This document shows positions 36,943 through 47,080 of a stretch of DNA of 64,000 bases, in pieces. Within the stretch, counting starts at the first letter, position 1, and each line of letters opens with the position of its first letter. The notes beneath the pieces were generated by a model, which saw nothing but the letters and a program-made list of their open reading frames with translations, searched no databases and was not told the DNA's origin. This DNA comes from an uncultured virus (IMG/VR IMGVR_UViG_2927661242_000003) (taxonomy: Duplodnaviria > Heunggongvirae > Uroviricota > Caudoviricetes). The position numbers were made by a program, and so were the translations under genes. The DNA lies in the IMG/VR virus record IMGVR_UViG_2927661242_000003. The stretch is one strand, 5' to 3'.

Positions 36943-39507
36943 TTAAACGTGTGGTTCGTCCGACAGCTGACGAGCCGCAGCCTGGCGGCTGTACTCGTCG
37001 AACATCCGGCGCATATAAGGCTCAACCTCCCGGGCCACCTGAGCCGGGTCTTTAACGTCCCCCTGCACCGTGACCTGCAGGCTCGGCGAGAAAGCAAATT
37101 GCTGGTCGACCTTGGGCACCTGCTTCGCAGGTTCGGGCGCCTTGAGCATTGCCGGCACAGCAGCCGACGGTGAGGCGGTCCCCATGGAGCGCACCACCTG
37201 ACCCATCATCGGAGGCGTCTGCCCGGTCTTGAACGATTTCGCGATGTCCCCCAGGACCGGCGGGATGTCCTTCCCGGCATTGGCCAGCATCAACGGGCCC
37301 GCTGCGGGCATTCGCTTGAGCGACTCATCAGAGCCGAACATCGACTTGCCAGCAAAAGAGCCCAGGGCATCACCTCCCAGGTAACCGACAGTGCCCCCGA
37401 TGGCAGCACCGATAGCGCCCCCGATGGCAGTGCCAAGCCCTGGAACGACAGAGCCAATGGCCGCACCGGCAGCCAACCCCATTTTTGTCCCGACCAAAGC
37501 ACCCGCCAGCCCCCCAGCCGCGCCGCCATAGCCCTCTGCTTTCTCGTCCTTGGTTTTGGCATTCTGATAGGTGTCTGCAGCCTTGATGCCGGCACCCAGC
37601 ACAGACAGGAAGGCCCCGCCTTTGACCACCGGTGCCAGCCCCTTGAACAGGGAACCTGCACCTTTTAAGGCTGCCGAGCCTAAACCCACCGCACCCTTTG
37701 CAACGGTCCCCACACCGCCCCGGCTAAAGACACTCCTGAGCGCCCGCCCGACACTACCAAGTCGGCCGCGCCCCGCCCTTCCTGCACGGGAGCCCCTGCC
37801 ACCTTTGCCTCCCTTCTTGTCCTTACCACCATCGACGTCGTAGTCGCCACCACCCAGTCCACCTGCGTTGGTGACAAACACCCGCTGGATCACGTTCGGG
37901 TTACCCATCAACGAGCCCCGGGCGACATTGAGCAGGCCCTTGCCGATCTTGAAGGCGGACACCACGCTCTTAAGCGCGACCAGCCCTGCGCCCAGGGCGG
38001 TGATCCCCATCACCAGGGGCGGGGCTTTCTCCGCCAGCCCAGTCAGTGACCTGGCCACCGTGGTGATGTGCTTGGCTACCGCATCTGTTGCCGGCCGCAG
38101 AGCGTCCCCCACGGCCCGCATGCCGTCGTTCATCGCGTGAGCTGTTTCGGCCCACAGTTGCGAGGAGGTCTCGCGGCGCTCTGCCAGGTTCTTGTCGAGA
38201 ATGCCACTGGCGCTCAGGGAGTCTTTCTTGAGCTGCTCGTACAGCTCCCGGTTCTGCGAGTACGCCGTCAGTGCCGCCTTGACTTGCATGTCGGAGAACA
38301 GGTCACCGGTGCGCAAGGACTGCTCCAGAGCGTTCAGCATGGCCTTGGCTTTGGCCGGATCCGCCTCCTTGCTGATCTTCGCCTGGGCCTCGGCCATCTT
38401 CGCGGCCTTGGCCGGGTCGGTGGCCTTGATGTACCGCATGGCCAGCTCAAAGCTCGACTCCAAGGTCGACATACCTTTCTGAACACCGGTACTCAGCGAG
38501 GCCTGGTAATCAATACCGGCATCCTTGTACGCCTTGACCACTTCCCCGGAACCGATTTTCTCCATCCAGTTTTTCAGGTTGTTGGCTGCCTCATCGGAGC
38601 CACCGGCAGTCTTCATCTGCACCTGCAGCATCGAGCCCAACTGACTCACCGCATCCATACCGGTGATTTCCATCTTGCCCATGCCCGCCAGCAGCTGCGG
38701 AAACCAGCGCGCCATGTCGGACGCCTCAAAGCTGCCCGCCTGACCCTGCATCGCGATGGCTTCCAGGGCCTTCTCCATGACCTTCGGGTCGCTGATCTTG
38801 GCGTTCTGCTCCAGCGCCTGGATCATTTTGGCGGTGTCCTCACCACCCGAGCCCTGGCCCACGGCGAACTTGGCCGCCACCGGCGCATAGGACAGCGCCT
38901 TGTCCAGCTCCATCCCCGCACCAACCAACTGATTCACCAGCTCGGCCACGTCGTTGCGGCCCATTCCAGTGTCTTGCGAGGTCTGAATGATGGTGCGGTT
39001 CAACTGGGCTTCTTGTGGCTTGTTCGCCACGTCGGCCTTGATTGCGATGTCGCGAATGATCGCCTGATAATCCGCGCTGATCTTGGTCGGAATGGCTACC
39101 GCCCCGACGCCGGCCACGGCCTGGCCAATGCTGGACTTTAGACCCTCCTTGCCCTGCTGGATTTGCTGGTGCCCCTTGAGCTGCAGATCCGCACCCCGGG
39201 CCACTCGACCGAGCGCCTGATATTCCTGGCGCAGCTTGTTGACCTGGATCCCTTGCTTCTGCAGGGCACTCAGATTGCCCTCTAGCTTGCGCAGCAATCT
39301 ATCCGCCGAGGCGGCACCGGTTTCATGGGCCTTCCTCCACTCGTCACGAAGACGCATGGTTTCGCCGATGGTGCTCTTCAGCACCTTGGCCTTGTTGCCT
39401 TGTTCCTCCAGCTTCTTGATCCGGCCCTCAACCGTCTTGAAGGCGGCCCCTACCGTCGAACTGACGGCGCCACCGATCACCAGCCCTAACGCGATATTCC
39501 GTGCCAT
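36943..39507 (-). CDS. Tape measure protein (~854 aa)
   Basis: GSFEASDMAR core; synteny. Confidence 0.92.
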   Translation of the reverse strand: MARNIALGLVIGGAVSSTVGAAFKTVEGRIKKLEEQGNKAKVLKSTIGETMRLRDEWRKAHETGAASADRLLRKLEGNLSALQKQGIQVNKLRQEYQALGRVARGADLQLKGHQQIQQGKEGLKSSIGQAVAGVGAVAIPTKISADYQAIIRDIAIKADVANKPQEAQLNRTIIQTSQDTGMGRNDVAELVNQLVGAGMELDKALSYAPVAAKFAVGQGSGGEDTAKMIQALEQNAKISDPKVMEKALEAIAMQGQAGSFEASDMARWFPQLLAGMGKMEITGMDAVSQLGSMLQVQMKTAGGSDEAANNLKNWMEKIGSGEVVKAYKDAGIDYQASLSTGVQKGMSTLESSFELAMRYIKATDPAKAAKMAEAQAKISKEADPAKAKAMLNALEQSLRTGDLFSDMQVKAALTAYSQNRELYEQLKKDSLSASGILDKNLAERRETSSQLWAETAHAMNDGMRAVGDALRPATDAVAKHITTVARSLTGLAEKAPPLVMGITALGAGLVALKSVVSAFKIGKGLLNVARGSLMGNPNVIQRVFVTNAGGLGGGDYDVDGGKDKKGGKGGRGSRAGRAGRGRLGSVGRALRSVFSRGGVGTVAKGAVGLGSAALKGAGSLFKGLAPVVKGGAFLSVLGAGIKAADTYQNAKTKDEKAEGYGGAAGGLAGALVGTKMGLAAGAAIGSVVPGLGTAIGGAIGAAIGGTVGYLGGDALGSFAGKSMFGSDESLKRMPAAGPLMLANAGKDIPPVLGDIAKSFKTGQTPPMMGQVVRSMGTASPSAAVPAMLKAPEPAKQVPKVDQQFAFSPSLQVTVQGDVKDPAQVAREVEPYMRRMFDEYSRQAAARQLSDEPHV

Positions 39508-39536
39508 ACGATCCACCTACGCCCGAGTTGATGGGC

Positions 39537-39653
39537 TCAGTCCGTGAGCCACCAGACCATGTCGGAAAACCTCATGGTCATGATTTCCTCGGCGGAGAAA
39601 TGCAGCTCGCACGCGAGCCGCTTCGCCGCCATCTTCATCACCGCCGGGTCAAA
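39537..39653 (-). CDS. GpE'-like extension (probably frameshift-translated)
   Basis: FDPAVMKMAAKRLACELHFSAEEIMTMRFSDMVWWLTD in the +1 frame after CTT TGA C. Confidence 0.65.
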   Translation of the reverse strand, partial: FDPAVMKMAAKRLACELHFSAEEIMTMRFSDMVWWLTD

Positions 39654-39954
39654 GTTCGTCGTCTTGCACCAGGCGAAAATAGCCGGCCTGCAGGCGCTGG
39701 TAATCCTTGAGGGTCATGCCCTCCAGATCCTTGGCGCCGACCTCGGCCAGGCTGGAGAACAGCATGAGTTCGCGCTGTTCGTCGTCACTGCCGGCGGCAG
39801 TGTTGGCGGCGCGCACATCGCGCACGGTCGGTGCGCGCAGGGTGACCTTGTCGCAGACAACGCCATTCATCTCCACCGCCTTGGTGAGGGTCACGACCAC
39901 GCTCTCGGCGCTCAGGGTCATCCAGGCCGGTGTCTTTTTCGCTACTTGAGTCAT
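39649..39954 (-). CDS. Tail assembly chaperone
   Basis: Paralogue of 18862-19167. Confidence 0.88.
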   Translation of the reverse strand: MTQVAKKTPAWMTLSAESVVVTLTKAVEMNGVVCDKVTLRAPTVRDVRAANTAAGSDDEQRELMLFSSLAEVGAKDLEGMTLKDYQRLQAGYFRLVQDDEL

Positions 39955-39965
39955 TGCTGTTTTCC

Positions 39966-40475
39966 TTACAGGCCAAGGGCCGAACGTTGCGCGGCGAGCT
40001 GGTCGACGCCGTTGATCACGCGCTTCATGCCCAGCGCATCGATCTCGTAGATGAGGCGGCCGTCGACTTCGAGCTTGTAGTAGGTCAACGCCACGTTGTG
40101 TTTGATCTCGGCCTTGTCGCCGGCCTTCCAGTCGCCCATGTCGACCTCCTTGAGCATGCCGCGCAGGGTGACGATCACCGGGGTGACCTTGCCCTTCAGG
40201 CCCTTGAAGGCACCCCGGAACACGCCGTTGAAAGCGGTGCCGTCGGCCAGACCGAAGAGTTTCAACGACTCGCGCCGCACGCCAGTGGTGGTAAAGCCGG
40301 CCTCTTGTTTTTCCATGCCCATGTCCAGCTCCACCGGCAGATCCATTCCGCCGGCCCGGTGCTCCTCGGTCTTGAGCGTGAGCTTGGGCAGGGTCAGGCT
40401 CGGGACGTCGCCCTGGAAGCTAATGCCATCGGCGAACAGGTTCATGTTCGCCAGGGTTTCGGGAATCATTGCCAT
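39966..40475 (-). CDS. Tail tube protein
   Basis: Near-identical to 19177-19686. Confidence 0.93.
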   Translation of the reverse strand: MAMIPETLANMNLFADGISFQGDVPSLTLPKLTLKTEEHRAGGMDLPVELDMGMEKQEAGFTTTGVRRESLKLFGLADGTAFNGVFRGAFKGLKGKVTPVIVTLRGMLKEVDMGDWKAGDKAEIKHNVALTYYKLEVDGRLIYEIDALGMKRVINGVDQLAAQRSALGL

Positions 40476-40487
40476 TGCTGCGGCTCC

Positions 40488-41654
40488 TTAGGCGGCGGAA
40501 TCGAGGACTTCGGTCAGCCACTGATTGGTGACCTCGACGCGGAAGTTGGGGTTTTCGGCGGGCGGTACGTCGGTAAAGCGGATGTTCCAGTACACCTTGC
40601 CCTGCTCCAGCTGGCTGGCGGTGTTGAGCTCAGTGTCCGCGTAGACCTCAAAATTGATGATCGCGCCCTGGTTCTTCAGATCACGCATGAAGGCCTGCAG
40701 GCCCTCGGTCACATCCTTGACATAGGTCGCAGTGATCGAGCGGTCCACCGCCCATTTGTGGCCGAAGAGGATCGCGTCCATGACGATGTCCATGGTTCGC
40801 ACTCGCGTGACAAACGCCCACTTCGGATCGCTCGACAACGTGCGGTTGCCCCACAGCCGAAAGCCCGCATCACGAATGATCGTGGTGATGTTGGCGTTGT
40901 TCAGCAGGTTGGCCCGGCAAGTCTCATCCCCATCCAGAAACTCAATGGGCCGAGTGGTGCCGGTGAGGCCGACAAACTCCTTGTTCGACGGTGAAGCCCA
41001 GAAGCCATACTCGTTGTCGGTCCAGGCGAACAAGCCCGCGGCCCAGGCCGAGGCCGGCGCATCAACGGTCGCGCTCTCTCCGGTGTCCCAGTACTGAATC
41101 CCAGGGTCAACCAGATAGGCCCGCTTGGCGCCGAAGTTTTTCGCGTACTCCATGGCCGCCTCGTCGGTGGTGTTGGGGCCGTCGAGGATGGCCAGGCCAC
41201 GCAGCTTGTCGGCCAGTGTAACCATGGCTGTACCGACCGCCTGGGTCGAGCTGTGCTTGGGGGTGACCAGCAAACGCGGCTGGGCGTTGAAACGGCTCTT
41301 GCCGTCGAGCAGCGCTTGCAGGCCGGTACGCTTGCCGCTGGCCAGCACCCCACCGATGATCGCCGAGGTCTGCTGCGCGGCGTCCTGAACCTTGGTCACA
41401 CCGCATGCAACGATCACCGCCTTGGCGCGCTGGTAGATAGCCTTGCAGGCCTTGGTGATGGCCGCATCCGGGCCCCAGGCCGCGATGGCCTCGCGCTCGT
41501 TGGTGATCAGCAACAAGTCGTTGGCCTTGGCACTGAAGTCGGGGCCTTCGGTGAAAGTGTCCACCAGGCCGATGATCGAGGACGACGGCAGCGAGATAGT
41601 GCGCGCGCCGGTGTCCACGTTGGTGACGGTGACGCCGTGAAAAAAACCACTCAT
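40488..41654 (-). CDS. Tail sheath protein
   Basis: Near-identical to 19699-20865. Confidence 0.95.
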   Translation of the reverse strand: MSGFFHGVTVTNVDTGARTISLPSSSIIGLVDTFTEGPDFSAKANDLLLITNEREAIAAWGPDAAITKACKAIYQRAKAVIVACGVTKVQDAAQQTSAIIGGVLASGKRTGLQALLDGKSRFNAQPRLLVTPKHSSTQAVGTAMVTLADKLRGLAILDGPNTTDEAAMEYAKNFGAKRAYLVDPGIQYWDTGESATVDAPASAWAAGLFAWTDNEYGFWASPSNKEFVGLTGTTRPIEFLDGDETCRANLLNNANITTIIRDAGFRLWGNRTLSSDPKWAFVTRVRTMDIVMDAILFGHKWAVDRSITATYVKDVTEGLQAFMRDLKNQGAIINFEVYADTELNTASQLEQGKVYWNIRFTDVPPAENPNFRVEVTNQWLTEVLDSAA

Positions 41655-41753
41655 GGATAAGCTCCAGACATAAAAAAGCCCCGCATGAGCGAGGCTGTGG
41701 GAGGAACGGGCGCCGTAGCGCGGGAAAGAAAACGCCCCGTCAATGCCGGGTGT

Positions 41754-42137
41754 TTACTCAGATTGCTCGGCAATCCAATCCGGGGGCAGTGGCCGATGGT
41801 CGACGGCCGGAAATTCAGCCCCGGCCGGCCAATCGCGCAAGGCGCGGATGTAGGACAAAAGCTCGGCGTATTGCTGGGCCGTTATGGTGGTTTCAATGGC
41901 CAATTCGACCTCATCACGATGTCGATCACGTACCCAGGTCACCCGGACAATCTCCGCATCACGCCAGGCACGCTCGGCGGTATCAGGGTCGACCGTTCGC
42001 ATGGACTGGAGAGCCAGGAAATTCAGGTACCGAGCGTCGTCATCAGCAACCGCAACAATGTCCGTCCAATAGCTTTTGTCGGGCTCAGCCTCGAAGGCAA
42101 AACGAACAATCCCATCAATCACTTGAAGGTGCTTCAT
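41754..42137 (-). CDS. Tail fibre assembly chaperone
   Basis: ERAWRD...RHRDE...YIRALRDWP motif. Confidence 0.82.
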   Translation of the reverse strand: MKHLQVIDGIVRFAFEAEPDKSYWTDIVAVADDDARYLNFLALQSMRTVDPDTAERAWRDAEIVRVTWVRDRHRDEVELAIETTITAQQYAELLSYIRALRDWPAGAEFPAVDHRPLPPDWIAEQSE

Positions 42138-43825
42138 ATGAAATAACCTGTGATGAAAGCGTTAAATATTGGCGTACCCGAGGCCGCGTTACTTGCCGAC
42201 ACCCACCAAGTCTGCGGCGTAATGATGGCTAGGTTTGAAAATGCGGACGTGTACAAGCCGCCTCCAGTGCTAACCGTTGCGGTTTGCCGCGCAAGCCCAA
42301 AGCCGGTAGCGGCGGAATAGATATCCATCGAGACGGTGCCGACACCTGAGCTCCCCAAGCCCATCAGCCCGTTTGCGCGCACGGCGTTAAGGGGAACCGC
42401 ACCTGCTAAAGGAATAGGGGCAGAGGTAATTGCCGCCGCCCCGTTAAGGATTTGCCTCGCGCCTACCGTGACCATTCGATCTTCAACGAAACAAACATCG
42501 AAGTTGCCGGCGCCACCGGTCGGCACGACGGTTAACAAAGCGGACGCTGTGAAGCCGGGGGGAGCGTTAGCGCCACCGTAAAGCACTGGGGCAACCGCAG
42601 CCGTAGCATTCACGGCCATCAGGCTGCGCTCATTCGTGTTCGGGCTATACAGCGCATACAAAGCGACATATCCATTCACTGGCGATGCGCCGACATCCAT
42701 CGCCCCCAGCCCCTTGACCGCCGACGCGAGATTGACCACCTGACTGAACGCTTTGAGCCGATAGGACTTGCCGGCAGCGTCTTGCAGCAATACCTCATCA
42801 GCGATAAAGGTGGCATTGGCCGAAGCCTGTGGCACATTCATGCGCCCTCTTGAGGCGCCCGCCATTGGCCCCATCGCCTCGATTTCAGCCTTTGTGTAGG
42901 CGTCTTTTATGCCGGAGGCAGCCAGTGTTTCCGGGTTCGTTCCCGCAATAGCACGACCGAGCTTATCCACGGTCAAGCTACGGTAGGTCCCAGCGACGAT
43001 ACCCGTACGCCCTGCTACCACCTCAAAGCTCAGTGCAGTAGTGCCCAGCACAATCGGCCCATCCGTCGAGAGCAGCCAGAGGGAATCAGCGCCTGCTGTA
43101 CCCTGCTCCACCGCAACGAGCAGCCCTGGAGTGACCTTGGCGCTGCTGTCTGCATCGGCGGCCCGCTTCCAGATCTCGCCTGTGAGGTAAATTCCATTGT
43201 CTTTCGAATGGACCTGGTCCTTCACCAGCACCCGCGAACCCAAAGGCACCGGAATCCCGTCAATCGTCGGGGTCCCCGCCAGCTGAATCGGACCCGTGGT
43301 CGCCACCAGCACCGACGCCTTGGCGTCCTGTCGGTTGACCGCATCGACAATCGAGTCATCGACATATTGCCGGGTGGCCAGCACCACGGCCGGGTCGATT
43401 TTCAGCACCACGCTGGCCGCACTGGACACGATGAAGTTCATGCGCACGACCTGGGTTCGGCCGGAGCCCTGGGACATCAGCGGTTTATAACTCGGGGCAC
43501 AGTTCGCCACCGCGACCAAAGCGCCGTCAGCGTCATACAGGCCAATCTCACGAATCCACCAGCCCCCCTCGTCGGCCGGGATGATCTGCTCGGCGACAAT
43601 GATATTCGGGTTTGCCGGGTCTACCGACAGCTTGTTCAATGGCCGGCGCCGGCGCTCGTTGATCAGTCGAGTTTGCGCCCGGTCGGGGATTGGGTCGGTG
43701 CCGTTGGCATCCCCCACCCCCATCTCTGTGAGCTTCCAGGGTATGCCCAAGGCGTCGGCGTTGGCCTGCTTGGCCTCACCAGCCGCCGTAAGAATTGCGA
43801 AGAACTGACTGTTCGGGTCAATCAT
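42134..43825 (-). CDS. Tail fibre protein (prophage)
   Basis: DUF3751 N-terminus; TIDG..RVLVKDQ..NGIY..WKRAADAD domain; distinct C-terminus. Confidence 0.9.
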   Translation of the reverse strand: MIDPNSQFFAILTAAGEAKQANADALGIPWKLTEMGVGDANGTDPIPDRAQTRLINERRRRPLNKLSVDPANPNIIVAEQIIPADEGGWWIREIGLYDADGALVAVANCAPSYKPLMSQGSGRTQVVRMNFIVSSAASVVLKIDPAVVLATRQYVDDSIVDAVNRQDAKASVLVATTGPIQLAGTPTIDGIPVPLGSRVLVKDQVHSKDNGIYLTGEIWKRAADADSSAKVTPGLLVAVEQGTAGADSLWLLSTDGPIVLGTTALSFEVVAGRTGIVAGTYRSLTVDKLGRAIAGTNPETLAASGIKDAYTKAEIEAMGPMAGASRGRMNVPQASANATFIADEVLLQDAAGKSYRLKAFSQVVNLASAVKGLGAMDVGASPVNGYVALYALYSPNTNERSLMAVNATAAVAPVLYGGANAPPGFTASALLTVVPTGGAGNFDVCFVEDRMVTVGARQILNGAAAITSAPIPLAGAVPLNAVRANGLMGLGSSGVGTVSMDIYSAATGFGLARQTATVSTGGGLYTSAFSNLAIITPQTWWVSASNAASGTPIFNAFITGYFI

Positions 43826-44511
43826 GGGTAGGTGTCCAGGTAGTCGATTGAATGTTCATGCCCAGGGGCGCCGATGTAGCAAGTCAGGGCAATGGCCCCA
43901 ACGGCAGGCGGATAAACGTCGACGCTGTCGGTTGAGTCCTCGCGGCCGGTGTTGCCGAGGATGCCGATCGTGACGATGTCGCGTAGCACGGGCGGATACA
44001 CGTCGATTTCGTCGCCGAGGCTCAGCGCCACACCGAGATTCAGTGCGCCCTTGGTTTCAAGGCTGATCGCCAGGCCGGTCAGGTGCCTGGTGACCGGCTT
44101 GGCATCGTCGATCAGGCGTTCCAGCTCGCGATACATCTCCTCAGTGATCCCGGTTTCGAGAACACCGACCTTCAGGGCGAAGGTCCCGGGCACGCCCTGA
44201 GGCACGGTGTTGAACCACTCGATGATCTCGATCAGGTAACCCAAGGGCTCCACCACCCGCCGCAGCGCACCGATGGTGCCCTTGCGTGCATGGATGAAAA
44301 ACGAGGCTTTGATGGCGCTGCGCTTGACCGGCTCCGACCAGTTCGGGTCCCAGCGGTCCACCGACCAGGCCCACGCCAACTGTGAGAGCAGGTGCGCCGG
44401 ACAGGTGTCGGGGTTGTAAAGCGTGCGCAGGATACTGGCCGTGTCCTGGGTGTTGACCGCCTCCAGGCCGCGCTCCAGCGCCGTGCTGTTGATGGGGAGT
44501 AGGCTCGGCAT
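43822..44511 (-). CDS. Tail protein I
   Basis: LAWAWSVDRWD and KGTIGALRR motifs; start refined to MPSLLP. Confidence 0.92.
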   Translation of the reverse strand: MPSLLPINSTALERGLEAVNTQDTASILRTLYNPDTCPAHLLSQLAWAWSVDRWDPNWSEPVKRSAIKASFFIHARKGTIGALRRVVEPLGYLIEIIEWFNTVPQGVPGTFALKVGVLETGITEEMYRELERLIDDAKPVTRHLTGLAISLETKGALNLGVALSLGDEIDVYPPVLRDIVTIGILGNTGREDSTDSVDVYPPAVGAIALTCYIGAPGHEHSIDYLDTYP

Positions 44512-44512
44512 G

Positions 44513-45394
44513 TCAGGTCCCCAGCTTGATGCTGTAGCCCGTGCAATACGCCGCTTGGGCTTGGGTCGGGGCCAGGTCCTGCCAACCCAGCAATTCCACC
44601 CGGGCCACACCTGCGACATGCAATTGCGCATCGATAGCCGAACGGGCGACCTCGACGCCCAATCGCTTGCGCGGGTTCATCCAGGCTTTGAACCTGCGTT
44701 CTGCCTCCACCAGCGCGGCATCACTTTCCGGGCCTGGGCCTTTCATGTGCAACACCGCATCCACGCGGTAGCGCAACACCTGGGCACTCTGCACAGTGAC
44801 CCGATCCGCCACCGGCCGCACGTCGTCATCATTGACGGCCCGGGCAACAGCAGCGAGCAGTTCAGGTCCAGCGGTGCCGTCGCCCTCCAGGCTCAGCACC
44901 GACACGGTGACGCAGGCCGGGGCCGGGCTTTCTGCCGATGCATCCGCCACCAGCGCCGAGGCACTGCGGGCGTGTAGGATGTAGCTGTTGCGCGGCCCGG
45001 CGGTGGTCAGCCCCTCGTAAGCCAGCTGGACGCGCTCGCGCAAGGCGTCGTCGGACTCCTTGACCTCCTCCAGCGGCGGCACAGCGAGGGGATCTCCGGG
45101 CTGGATCACCAACCGGGCCAACTTTACGTTGGCCGCCAGGTGATCCAAATCAGAGCCCTTGGCGTGGGCCAGTAGCAACGCCTTGGCCGCGTCGTTGATC
45201 CGCGCCCGCATCTGCATGTCGCCATACGCCACCAGCTCCAGTTGCTTGACGACCGGGTCACTCTCGAGCGCGGCGCTCCAATTCTCCCCCATCGCCAGGC
45301 GGAACAGCGCCAGCTTGCGCTGGTACAACTCTTCATAGTCCAGGGGCTCCAGCACCTGCGGCGCCGGCAGGGCCGACAAGTCCAGTATGCTCAT
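44513..45394 (-). CDS. Baseplate J protein
   Basis: Paralogue of 24016-24897. Confidence 0.93.
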   Translation of the reverse strand: MSILDLSALPAPQVLEPLDYEELYQRKLALFRLAMGENWSAALESDPVVKQLELVAYGDMQMRARINDAAKALLLAHAKGSDLDHLAANVKLARLVIQPGDPLAVPPLEEVKESDDALRERVQLAYEGLTTAGPRNSYILHARSASALVADASAESPAPACVTVSVLSLEGDGTAGPELLAAVARAVNDDDVRPVADRVTVQSAQVLRYRVDAVLHMKGPGPESDAALVEAERRFKAWMNPRKRLGVEVARSAIDAQLHVAGVARVELLGWQDLAPTQAQAAYCTGYSIKLGT

Positions 45395-45717
45395 GCCGTC
45401 ACCTCCAACACTGCGCTATCCCCCAGATACTGGCCGATCAGTTGAAAGCTGATCTGGCCACCCACTACCGCCACCACCTGCACACGTTCCAGCTTCAAGC
45501 GCGGCTCCCAGCGCAACAGCGCCCGGGCCACCTCGGCCTGGACGGCGCTTTTCCAGCCGCCGGTGACGGGCAAGTCGACGTAGCGGCGCAGGTCGCTGCC
45601 GTACTCCGGACGCATCCGCCGGCTGCCCAGCGGCGTGGTCAGGATGTCCTCGATGGACTGCCGCACATGCTCAAGGCCCGACAGCGGCTGGCCCGTTCGG
45701 CGATCCATTCCGATCAT
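45391..45717 (-). CDS. Baseplate gpW/gp25 protein
   Basis: Paralogue of 24894-25220. Confidence 0.92.
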   Translation of the reverse strand: MIGMDRRTGQPLSGLEHVRQSIEDILTTPLGSRRMRPEYGSDLRRYVDLPVTGGWKSAVQAEVARALLRWEPRLKLERVQVVAVVGGQISFQLIGQYLGDSAVLEVTA

Positions 45718-45721
45718 CGCG

Positions 45722-45937
45722 TCACCCCTGCGGCTGTAAATCCGAGTGCGATCGCAGGTAGTCCAGCGCCACCTGGTCACCCACCTCGGCCGTTACCTGG
45801 CCCTGCTTCACCGGCAGTTGACGGCCGTCCGGTAGGATCAGCACGCGGGAGGTATAGAGGGTGTCGCGGAACACCGAAGCGCCGGGCGCTGCCGGCTCCC
45901 CGCCGGTTTGCTCGGCGGGTTTCTTGGTAGTGATCAT
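45722..45937 (-). CDS. Small conserved tail-region protein
   Basis: FRDTLYTSR motif. Confidence 0.7.
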   Translation of the reverse strand: MITTKKPAEQTGGEPAAPGASVFRDTLYTSRVLILPDGRQLPVKQGQVTAEVGDQVALDYLRSHSDLQPQG

Positions 45938-45980
45938 GTTTGCTCCAGGCGAAAAAAAACCCGCTGCTGCGGGCTTCTGG

Positions 45981-46571
45981 TTATTGAGGCATCGCGGTCG
46001 ATCCACCGCCGGGCAGCACGCCCGAATGGGTATGAGTCGAACCGACGTTGACCCCATTGTGTTTCAGGCTTGCGCCGTTGATTTGTACGTCACCGTTCAA
46101 GGTGATTTGCCCGGTCAAGGTGATGGTGTCGGCCTTGCCGGTGATCGCGCTATTGGTGATCACCGCCGAGCTGCCGCCGACCTGAATGGTCACCATGCCG
46201 CTGGGTAGGTTGATGCTGTAACTCTTGGCCTGCCAGTCGTAGACCAGCGAGCCGCCATCGTCAAAGCGCCAGACTTCGACGTGGTCGCGGTTGTCTGGCT
46301 GGGCTCCAGCGTTGCCATACAGCCCCGGGACGAAGGTGCCCTGGGCCGGCTCACCACTGGGGCTGATCAAAGCGCCCTGCTCGCCCAGGCTCGGCGCCCG
46401 CCAGTGCCGGGCCTTACCGGCGGCCTGGCTGTGCCAGCGCACCCAGGCGCTGGTCCAGCCGGCACCGTCGGACACGCGCACCATGCCGGCAGCCAGGTCG
46501 ACCGCAACCACGCTACAAGGAATGATCAGGCCCGCCAGCATTCGGTCATGCTGCGCACTGACATAACTCAT
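45981..46571 (-). CDS. Baseplate spike gpV
   Basis: WRAPSLGEQ motif and HTHSGV tip. Confidence 0.92.
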   Translation of the reverse strand: MSYVSAQHDRMLAGLIIPCSVVAVDLAAGMVRVSDGAGWTSAWVRWHSQAAGKARHWRAPSLGEQGALISPSGEPAQGTFVPGLYGNAGAQPDNRDHVEVWRFDDGGSLVYDWQAKSYSINLPSGMVTIQVGGSSAVITNSAITGKADTITLTGQITLNGDVQINGASLKHNGVNVGSTHTHSGVLPGGGSTAMPQ

Positions 46572-47080
46572 GTCAGTTCCTCGGGCCGGACGTTGCCGAC
46601 ACCTTCGCCGAGGTTGAACACCAGTGTTCCGGGCGGCTGGTTGGGCCATGGCCATTCCTCAAGGCCGAGGTACAAGACATGGATCCACTCCACCGCCCAC
46701 ACCGCCATGGTGTCCAGCTCGGGGCGCGTCCAGTCCCGGCCAGCCCGCACAAACTCGGCAGGCTCCACCTCCACGCCCCAGGTTTGCAAGCGCAGCAGCA
46801 CTGCCAACTGAGCCGCACCAAACGCGGCTTGCTGCTCGCAGTCTTCCTGCTCGGCCGCGACGATAACCCGCGCCTCGAAACGGGCCTGCACAGCGGTTTG
46901 GCCGGTTAGCTGATCCAGAGCGGGCTCAAACTCCACCAGCTCAATGACCACGGCCGGCAAGGCCACTTCTTGGAGCATGTGCGGCATCGTACCGACATAC
47001 TGCAGGTCGGGAATGGCGTCCTTGATGTGTTGCTCGATGGCGCCATACAACTGGCCAAGACTGAAGGGTTCGTCAGACAC
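46568..47080 (-). CDS. Tail completion/terminator protein
   Basis: Position; homologous to 26108-26629. Confidence 0.75.
   Translation of the reverse strand: MSDEPFSLGQLYGAIEQHIKDAIPDLQYVGTMPHMLQEVALPAVVIELVEFEPALDQLTGQTAVQARFEARVIVAAEQEDCEQQAAFGAAQLAVLLRLQTWGVEVEPAEFVRAGRDWTRPELDTMAVWAVEWIHVLYLGLEEWPWPNQPPGTLVFNLGEGVGNVRPEELT

Noticed and set aside
1882..43825. DGR or invertase-driven fibre variation
   Set aside because: No reverse transcriptase, TR/VR pair, invertase or inverted fibre cassette was seen
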